A stretch of DNA of 64,000 nucleotides from Eledone cirrhosa (taxonomy: Eukaryota): NCBI GenBank assembly GCA_964016885.1, contig OZ024744.1, forward strand, positions 6,386,001-6,450,000, read 5' to 3'. Shown here piece by piece: positions 54,736-64,000 of this stretch (positions are counted from its first letter, which is position 1; every line of letters begins with the position of its first letter). Under the pieces are notes generated by a model that did not search any database, had not been told where the DNA came from, and saw nothing but the letters and a program-made list of their open reading frames with translations. The position numbers and the translations under genes are program-made.

Positions 54736-55445
54736 AGATTTGAATGGATACAGTTTAGTTGAAAGGAATTTATTGACACGTGTTTCTATAACAGTTACAT
54801 CACCTGAAAACAGCTGCTATCTACAAAGTTTTAGTTATGCAGACATTCAATATTTCAATGTTATTATTTACTGTCATTTCATCAGAATAATATTACTGAG
54901 GACCTATTTGGTTTTTATAGAGAATATTAGGAGGGAGGGGTGAAGTTGTTAGAAGAATAGTTGAGGGAGTGGTTTTTTGATAGCAGTGAGAATTTTTGGT
55001 GGCAGTGAGTAATTAGATTCCCATCTGTTGTTTTGACATTTTTATAGAATATATTATTGGTTATTTTTCTAAATCTATAGAAGGATTAGAGATAGTAAAG
55101 ATATGCGTGGTTGGTTTTGTGTTTGCACATAATTAACATTCAGACTTAAATTTTTCTTTCAAGTGTACGTATCCTTTCACCCACGCATTCACACACAAAT
55201 ATATTTGCACACCTCTACAAAATACATATACTCACATTCACATAGTAACATGTTCATACTTACATACATATACACATGCATACATATATATATACACACA
55301 TGTATTCATGTACATACATACGCGTTCATGTGTATACATTTTCATACTCAACTTATCTTTATATACACACGTATAGACACACACATATATACATACATAC
55401 CCGAGTCTATGTGTACATATATACATACACATACACATACACATC

Positions 55446-55483
<38 letters not shown>

Positions 55484-55759
55484 CATATAAGCACTTTAAT
55501 ACATGAATACACTTACATCTAACTATACACATCAAACATATATATATATTTACTTATTTATATACATTTTCACATATATATACATACTTATGGACGTTTT
55601 TAGACACATTCATTATCGCATATTTGCACCTATTCTCATCAGCATATCTTTCCATTATTAGTGTGGTAATTTAAGGTTATTAATATATGTTGAGAAGAGA
55701 TTGTTTTTATATTTTTCTAACTAGATTGAGGTTTATATAGTTGGGGGGATGTCCCTCTT

Positions 55760-56404
55760 TTATGTAATATTCGGCTTGTAGTGGGAAAAAAGGGTTTTAG
55801 TTCTGTGACGGCAGAATAATGTTCGTTCAATTCTGTTATTCAGCAATTTCTTCTTGTGTGTGATTATGTAATAAATCTCAAGATTACACAATTTGCAGAA
55901 ATTTTGGCTCCTGGAAAAGCTTTGGGTTTTAGCTAATTTCTCCCATTTTAGGGTAAACTTTTGATCGCTATCCCTGAGCGTCCAAGCTTTTTCTGCTAAA
56001 GTTGTTACATTTCTTTGGCTCTGGTGTTTTATTGAGTAAGAATGCCTATATAATCGAGATTTAAACGATGTTGCCGTTGATCCCACGTAATACCACTCGT
56101 TGCCTCCGGATTTAATGGTACACTTATAAATAATATTTTTTTCCAGGCAGTTATTGCCGAGGGGGCAGTTGTCAGGATAGGTGCAGTTACAGTTGTGTAC
56201 GTTGGGTTTTCTCTGGAGTAGTATTGCGGACGAACTTAGGTGTGGTTTATTTATGTTCTGTAGTGTATTGTCTACTGTTTTTTTTTGTGTTCTTTGTACT
56301 TAAGTTCTTAGTGTTTTCGTTTAACCTTCTAGTATTGATCTTTTTTATGTGTTGTTCAAGGTTTAACGCTGTAGAGTATGACAGTCTTATAGTGGTAGGG
56401 TTCA
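55760..56404 (-). pseudogene. PLE GIY-YIG fragment running into an assembly gap
   Basis: HNCNCT...CP...C...IIYKC...YYVGSTATSFKSRLYRH...CKLCNLE...LLN. Confidence 0.85.
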
Positions 56405-56604
56405 NNNNNNNNNNNNNNNNNNNNNNNNNNNNNNNNNNNNNNNNNNNNNNNNNNNNNNNNNNNNNNNNNNNNNNNNNNNNNNNNNNNNNNNNNNNNNNNN
56501 NNNNNNNNNNNNNNNNNNNNNNNNNNNNNNNNNNNNNNNNNNNNNNNNNNNNNNNNNNNNNNNNNNNNNNNNNNNNNNNNNNNNNNNNNNNNNNNNNNNN
56601 NNNN
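56405..56604. other. Assembly gap (200 N)
   Basis: Run of N. Confidence 0.99.
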
Positions 56605-56972
56605 TGTTTTGTCTATTAAATACTTAAATCGTCTCAATGTCTTACCATATAGAGTCTATATGATATGAAATATATCTATATTATAGACAGATTATCCATT
56701 GTTATTTATGAAATGAAACTTATTAATATCAACAGAGAGCAGAAACTTAGAAGAAAATGTTTGTTTCTTATTATCGTAGATTTAAGCCGTCTAACAACTC
56801 AATTTCTTTCGCTATACAAACAAGTCTTCGAGAACATGTGAATGTCCAGCGAGTTACATAAGAGATGAAAGAAAATATTTCTGAAATTTGGAATATGTTC
56901 TAATAAATAAATAAAATGTTCGCTCTACATGGTTGAATACAATAAATGCAAACTGAGTTTTTCGAATATTAA

Positions 56973-57152
56973 TAATTGTTTCTACTTTTGGCACAAGGCC
57001 GGCAATTAGACAGTGTATTACTGGTACTTTATTTTATCGACCCAGTAAGGATGAAAGGCAAAGTTAACCTTGGCGGGATTTGAACAGAGACTGTAAAGGG
57101 ACGTAACTATGCTAGAAAACATGGCGTCCAACCCTCTACCGATACTGCCAAA
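56973..57152 (-). mobile_element. tRNA-derived SINE
   Basis: Reverse complement of the SINE consensus. Confidence 0.82.
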
Positions 57153-57329
57153 TTAATAATGACATTCGATTAGTTTGCAATTATGCAAAGAAGCCTCATT
57201 TTTATAGCCATGTCAGTAGAATGAACTCTCATTCTTGTTGTTGTGTTGGCATGTAAACATACTGTTTACAAGCGATTTGTCTCTCTATGTAACCTGTAGT
57301 GCCGTCAATAAATATATACATATACACCA

Positions 57330-57860
57330 GGGCCTACAACAAAGGTACCAAACTCATACTGTCACTGCCTGTCCCTCCCGCTCTCCCCATCTTTCACTAT
57401 TAAGCGCAAATGCTGGCTGTCCCGCGGCCCAGGCGGACAGAGTAGAAAAGGAGTTTCCTCGGAGAATGGTGAGGGAGACGCGCTGGAAGAGCCATTCCAT
57501 CTCGCGAAGCTCACACTTGTGGCTAGCCATCTTAACGCCTATGGTGGTAAGTAGGGCGGTAGCCCTAGGGCCAAGGACACCAGTAATCTCCATTGCTACA
57601 GGTAGCCAACTCAGCGTCTATGGTGGTACGTAGGGAGGTAGCCCTAGGACCAAGGACACCAGAAGTCTCCACGGCTAGGGGTTCGACTGCAAACCTGTCG
57701 GAGAGCGATCGGTACGTGGTGAGTTTACCCTCCTCAGCTTGAAGTGCAGCAGAACCTGGGTTAATCGCAGGTTACGGCTGGAAAAAGTGTCGCTGTAAGT
57801 GACATCCCAGACGAGAGGTTTGCACCGTAGGACGGGAAGATGGTCGTACCGTCTCATATA
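57330..57860 (-). pseudogene. 3' fragment of a CRE-like (RLE) non-LTR retrotransposon
   Basis: KPLVWDVT.SDT and PVAME.TGVLGP...LFQRVSLTILRGN resemble the C-terminal RLE region of CRE-type elements. There is a small internal duplication. Confidence 0.65.
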
Positions 57861-57997
57861 AGTTAAACAAACAGTTTTAATGTTACAAAATGTTCTTTTT
57901 TATTATTCACATTAAATTAACTACGTTTTTGTACACGTACACACACACACAAATATATACATACATATCATACATATATACACTCGTACATGCATAC

Positions 57998-58575
57998 ATG
58001 GTGGCTGCCAACTCGTTTTCGAGTACGGCCACTACTGTATATCCATGTAGGAGAACCCCTACCGATGCGCTGAACGAGTGTGACTTTTTAGTCCAGCCAG
58101 CGACTTGAAAACTCTGGTACAAACACTACACTTGTGACAATTATTGATACATAGTGCTGGGCCCATGGTACCATGTGACGACAAGTGCAGAGAGGTCTCC
58201 AGATATAAAGCAATGCCTGTGCCGTGAAGCTTTTATAGTGAGCAAAAGCACTGCACAAAGCCAGTCCCACTCTCTTAACCAAGATGATATTTACCAAAAA
58301 GAAGAACAAGTCAACATCATTGGATACCATCAGGGTTGCAGGTGTTATATCAGAGTTTTCCTTCTCCTAGAATTCTGCCTTGACAAGGGCTAAGGGTCAT
58401 CTCTCCTGGTGATTTTGGATGGTCATTGACTCTTAAGAGCTCCTTTGCCCTTTGACAGGTTTTGCTTTTAGTCCTGCAGGATGTCCCAAGTCACCCTCTT
58501 CACCAAGAAACCTTGGTGGGGTTGCCAATTTAGTCGCCAACGACCCGATCATGAGAGAGGTTGTACTGGGATACA
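57998..58575 (-). mobile_element. Full-length bipartite RTE-derived non-autonomous retroelement (~580 bp)
   Basis: It has an RTE-like 5' UTR (…CTAGGAGAAGGAAAACTCTGA…). The 3' end encodes HKCSVCTRVFKSLAGLKSHTRSAHR* (58059-58136), followed by a CTCG-AAAA-CGAG hairpin and a TGTA tail. Confidence 0.75.
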
Positions 58576-58606
58576 TGTATGCATACATACATACATACAT
58601 ACATAC

Positions 58607-58637
<31 letters not shown>

Positions 58638-58693
58638 CATACATACATACATACATACATACATACATACATACATACATACATACATACATA

Positions 58694-61600
58694 CAGTCAG
58701 TCAGTCAACGCGATCAGTCGCATATTTTTGTGTCGCATATTTTTCAGTTGTAGCTACAGAAGAACCGCAATTATAAATCGCATTTCTCTTGGAGTTGCGA
58801 ACTTAATAATGATTTATTTAATTGTTATAAAATGGCAAAAAACAATCCCTCCATTGGCTATATGAATAGAATGAAGATACACTGGGACGAAATACACCCA
58901 GAGCTAAATTATTTCACAGTGAAACAATTACGCCAACAAGCGACGTTTGTTGAACGTAAAAATAAGATAAATATTATTAATTGTAAGTCTCCCACAACAA
59001 ACATGTTATCAACAACACGTGCTACAGGTCGCCACGTTACTAGACTTCCTAGCAGCCAGGTCGAACAGTGCCTTGAAACAACTATGCCTGTAAGAAACAT
59101 GACACCACCTGTACCATCTAAGTCTACCTAGAATGCTGGGGAAAACACTATCGATAATAATAATAATCGAAGAAATTTGACGCCACGTGTACCATCCGAG
59201 TCTACCTCGACTGTTGTGGAAAATACTATCGACAATGATAATAATCAAAAGTATAAACAATTGAAATTTTCCCTCAACGAAATCTTCCAGAGAGAAATTA
59301 ATTCATGTATAAATATCTCTCTTGCTGAACGTATTAAAACGACAATGTTTAATAAAATAATGAAATATTACGTGTTACTGAGGAAATAGGGGATGAATAT
59401 TTACGACGGATAAAAACCCCAACATTTTAGCAAATTAACGCCTGTTTATATGCCTTAGCAACGACAGTGAAGCATTATCTTGGTGATAGCAGAGATATTA
59501 ACAAGAACAAAACACCACCAAAAATACCATCATATATAACTAAAATAGAAAAAAAGATTGCTGACCTACGAAAAACCATAGGACATGTGACAATGCTCCT
59601 TACATGCAAATAAACACAAAAAAACCTCACTCCACATCAATAAAGAGTGAAAAATAAAATAGAGACGATGTTTGGTAACAGTAGAACCAGAACTCTCCAA
59701 TATAAGCTGATCACCCTCAAACAAGAATTGAGAGCTGTTAGCGAAAAACGCCGATACCTGAAGAAGGTAGATGAGAGAAAAGTGCCTAATAAGAAGATTC
59801 AGACGAAACCAAACATCAGTCTATAGAGATATGAAGAACAGCTTAATAAGTGTCACTGAGGCCCCATCCCAGAAAGACATAGATTCCTTTTGGGTCAAAG
59901 TATGGGGTGAAAAGAAGAATTCCAACCAAGATGCAGTGTGGCTAAGAGAAATCCGAAAGAATTATTGCTCCTACACTACAACAAAAACATACGAAATAAG
60001 TGAGGGTACCCTTGAGTCTGGGATAGGAAAACTCCAAGAAAAGAAAACACCAGGAAGAGACATGATTGTCGGCCACTGGTACATAATACTGATATTCTAT
60101 CGGAGGTATCTTACTGACCTCTACCAACATATTCTTAAGGGAGATACACTTATACCAGAATGGTTGACATTAGCACAAACATTACTGGTCCCCAAGAACA
60201 AAGACACCCACTTGGCAAAAAACTACCGACCCATTGCATGCCAGAACCTGATGTATAAGATGTATACAGCCTGCCTGAACCTATTCCTCGAAGATCACTG
60301 GGAAAATAATAACATCATCACAGATGAACAAGCAGCTGGAAAGAAAGGGGTTTGGGATGTGCTGAACAACTAATCAACAAAACTGCGATGTCGGAGGTGC
60401 GACAACTTAGGAGGAATATGGCTACAGTCTGGCTGTACTACAGGAAAGCTTTCGATTCTGTTCCCCACTCTTGGATGATAGAGGCCCTCCAACATGCTAA
60501 AGTCCCAGACATTATTGTCAGAGCCATAGAGAAGCTGTCTTCTTCTTGGGCTACTATCCTAAGGTTAAAGACAGAGAGGGAGGACACTATTTTCACTGAT
60601 AAAATAAAATAAAATAAAATATTGCAAGGGTATATTTCAGGGGGACAGTCTCTCTGTGATATTATTCATCTTGTCATTAAACCCCTTGACCTTTCTGCTC
60701 AAGAAATGTGAGGGATACATCATTGGCTCACAGGAGGACAGAAATACAAACCTAACCCATAATTTCTTTGTGGACGATCTGAAACTCTATGCCAAGAACA
60801 TGGATGGGATGAAGAAAAATCTTGAGCTGGTTACAACGTTCTCAAAGGATATAGGAATGGAGTTTGGCCAAGATAAATGCTCAAACATGACTGTAAAGCG
60901 GGGAAAAACTACAACCCAATCTAGCAACATTGTCATCAATGGCCTAACTGTTTCACCAATATCTGATGAGGACTGCTACAGGTACCTGGGGATAGATGAG
61001 AACATATCCTATAATGGTATCTGTAATAAAGAACGCGTAACCAGGGAATACCACACCCGATTAAGAAAGATATAGTCATTGGATCTCTCTGCGCAGAACA
61101 AAACAGTGGCTCACAATGTGTTTGCTGTGCCTGTCCTAACACCAACGTTTGGAATACTCAATTGGACGATAGACGAAATCCGAGCAGTTGATGTTGGAAC
61201 TCGAATAATACTAAACAACACCGGAAACTTCCACATCAACAGTGACATAGACCGCCTCTACTTGAAACGTAAGCAGAGAAGCAGAGGCCTAACATCAGTC
61301 CAGACAACATTTGAATGTCGCATCATATCTCTCCGACAACATCTACGAACCTCGCAGCGTAGGAGCCCGTTTCTCGAGCAAGTCTATCGGCATGAAACAG
61401 ATAAGATCATGAGAGTTGGGAAGGAACTCCTCGAGAGATATTCCCTGTGTGAAAATCAAAAACTCACACCCAGGGAAGTCTTTCAGAAGTATCACAGTGA
61501 ATCCATGGCTGTAAAACTGCATACTTATCAGCAAAAAATCATGCATGGATATGTTGCCAAGAAGCTCCAGAGTGAGAGTAATACAGATTAGGAAAGTAGT

Positions 61601-62562
61601 CTATCTTGGACCAACAACCGCTATATTGGCTCCCACTTTGAAGGATACGCTTTTGCAATCCAGGAACAGGAGATTAGCACGAAATACCTGATTCACAAAA
61701 GAGATAGGGATGCAGCAAAACACCTAGATGTGAGAACAAGTGCAGACTCTGCAGAACTAACGTCAGGGGATATCACCCATGTCATCAGCAGCTGTCCAAA
61801 GATGTCATTGCGGTACTATCTACCTATGAGGCATGATGTAGTGGCCAAAACACTGTACAATGCAGTTCGTAAAAAAGATAGCCCCGATAATAAACACATT
61901 AAAAGCTACAACAATGTGGAAGACATCCATGTACATAATATGAAAGAGTACTGTTGGAATGTTCCAGTAAAAACCCCAATAAAATGCAGGCATAACAGAC
62001 CAGATATTATGATATGGGACAGGGAGAAGAAAACATGCACAGTAGTGGAAATTAGCTGCCCAGCAGATGCCAATATAATATCAAAGATTAGTGAAAAGGA
62101 AAATATTTATGCAGAACTAATGAGAAATCTGCAGATAATCCACCCTGATTACAACTTCAGATTTATGCCTGTGATTATTGGGGCACTGGGGTATGTTAGT
62201 AACTGCCACAATACAAATCTTGAGAAGCTAGGCTTCACAGGAACAGAAAGAACACAACTAGTTAGAAAATTACAAGTACAATCCATTAATGGAACAGTAA
62301 AATTGTGTAAAACATTCCAAAAGTGTTGCATCTAATAACTGCATATACACATGTACAGATACAAAGCATATACATATGCACACATACAACTGAAAACATC
62401 CACATCCACACATACAATAAAATCCATATCTACAGATGCAGACATACATACATATCTACCTAGTTGATGTTGTGTAAATTCCAATGAGAGAGTCTTGTGT
62501 CTATGTTAGAAACCGACTCTCTCTCCATTGGTAACACTTTGTGAAATTATAAAACCAGATGA
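58694..62562 (+). mobile_element. Near full-length decayed R4/Dong-like LINE (family A)
   Basis: RT motifs KTPGRD, NYRPIAC, KAFDSVPH, FQGDSLS and FFVDDLKLY; then CCHC and RLE HNRPDI...EISCP. It has multiple stops and frameshifts, with (CATA)n on both sides. Confidence 0.9.
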
Positions 62563-62585
62563 ATGTACATACATACTTACATACA

Positions 62586-63115
62586 TGCACTTAGGAAAAT
62601 AATATTAAAAACAAATGAGGAGGAATATATTGAGATAGATGGCACTAAGGAATACTGGTGGAAATTGAAAATAAAAACTGCCACCAAATTAAAGCACGAC
62701 AACCATCGTTGTTTGGGACCACACATTGAAAAGGTGGTCTGTTGTAGAGATCAGCTGCCCATTTGATGTCAACCTTGTAAGAAAAATACAGTTGAAGAAG
62801 GACATCTACAGACCATTGATGAGGAGTGTGCAGACCCAGTATCCAAGATACACCTTTAGCTTCATACCCATCATTATTAGAGCTACGGGTTATATACCAA
62901 CCCGCTTGGACCAAAGTATAACTGAACATGGATTTATGGACAAAGAGCGCAGCTCCCTAATTCAAATAACTACAAGTGGCTGCGATAGCTGGTACCTTCA
63001 AAATAGGCAAAACATTCTTGCGTTTCAAGGGACGACAATTTCTTTTCTTTTACAACATTGCCACCAGGAAGGTGGCCAGTTACAAGTATACTCGAAATTA
63101 AGAGAAAGAGAAACA
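62586..63115 (+). mobile_element. 3' fragment of R4/Dong-like family B
   Basis: Matches 52785-53325, with CATA repeats at both junctions. Confidence 0.82.
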
Positions 63116-63141
63116 TACATACATAAATACATACATATATA

Positions 63142-64000
63142 CATATCACCAGGATATTAATGGAAAAGCAACGATCATCAGAGAAGCATTTTCCTGTCCT
63201 AGGGTTAAAAACCCCAGGAACGACAAAATATATGACCTCACTCCAACTAATACAGGTCTAAAAGGTTGTGAAAGTGACCCGTAAATACATTGGTGTATAG
63301 TGAAGGCGGGAAATCGTAGACTCGCCGTCTATAGCTCGCCACTAAAAAAAGATTTTTAGTAACTAAATATAACGACAAATGTGTATCTCTACATATGGAG
63401 ATTATTGAGAAAGGTTAATATATATCTAAGGGTACAATGTACCCCCGGAAATATATAGTGTGTCTATGATTTAAGGTGGTTCTATGGTAATAATTTGATA
63501 TACCAGAACATAATATCAGGATAAGCAGAACAAGTAAAATTCAACCAATTTTTCAAAATAAATCAAAATTAATATACAATTAAAATTAATCAAAATTAAA
63601 AAATATAATATAAATATTTACCTATTCAAATGGCCCTAACTGTACAGTTTCACGGTGCAAAACATTAAATATCACCAGGATATTAATGGAAAAGCAATGG
63701 CGAGCTATAGACGGCGAGTCTACGATATCCCGCCTTCACTATACACCAATGTATTTACGGGTCACTTTCACGACCTTTTAGACCTGTATTAGTTGGAGTG
63801 AGCTCATATATTTTGTCGTTCCTGGGGTTTTTAACCCTAGGACAGGAAAATACTTCTCTGATGATCGTTGCTTTTCCATTAATATCCTGGTGATATTTAA
63901 TGTTTTGCACCGTGAAACTGTACAGTTAGGGCCATTTGAATAGGTAAATATTTATATTATATTTTTTAATTTTGATTAATTTAATTGTATATTAATTTTG
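63142..64000. repeat. Nested inverted duplications (pLTR-like) containing an HHR at 63854-63931 (+)
   Basis: 63142-63341 mirrors 63698-63896, and about 63563-63697 mirrors 63868-64000. HHR: TTCT-CTGATGA-TCGTTGC...GCACCGT-GAAA-CTGTACAG-TT-AGGG. Confidence 0.75.

Overview
This is AT-rich animal DNA, probably cephalopod (Octopus-like, inferred from the SINE family). It is made almost entirely of retroelements and microsatellites, and I found no recognisable host protein-coding exon. It contains: at least eight Penelope-like element (PLE) copies or fragments (RT plus C-terminal GIY-YIG); one nearly intact and one decayed Tx1/L1-type LINE; three R4/Dong-like restriction-endonuclease LINE families; a CRE-like fragment; an RTE-derived non-autonomous family; about 11 tRNA-derived SINEs; a tandem non-autonomous Helitron; and a lone LTR with a tRNA-Trp primer-binding site. 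The most striking signal is more than 20 type I hammerhead ribozyme (HHR) motifs on both strands, all folded by eye. These include a 469-bp tandem repeat with one perfect minimal HHR per unit and an octamer-containing hairpin, and a related 420-bp family. Both look like retrozyme or satellite-2-like self-cleaving RNA units. Several HHRs carry a compensatory U3-A8 core. Each retroelement family is associated with its own microsatellite: PLE with (TA)n, Tx1 with (GATA)n, R4 with (CATA)n and the SINE with (ATT)n. Most ORFs in the supplied track are microsatellite artefacts.
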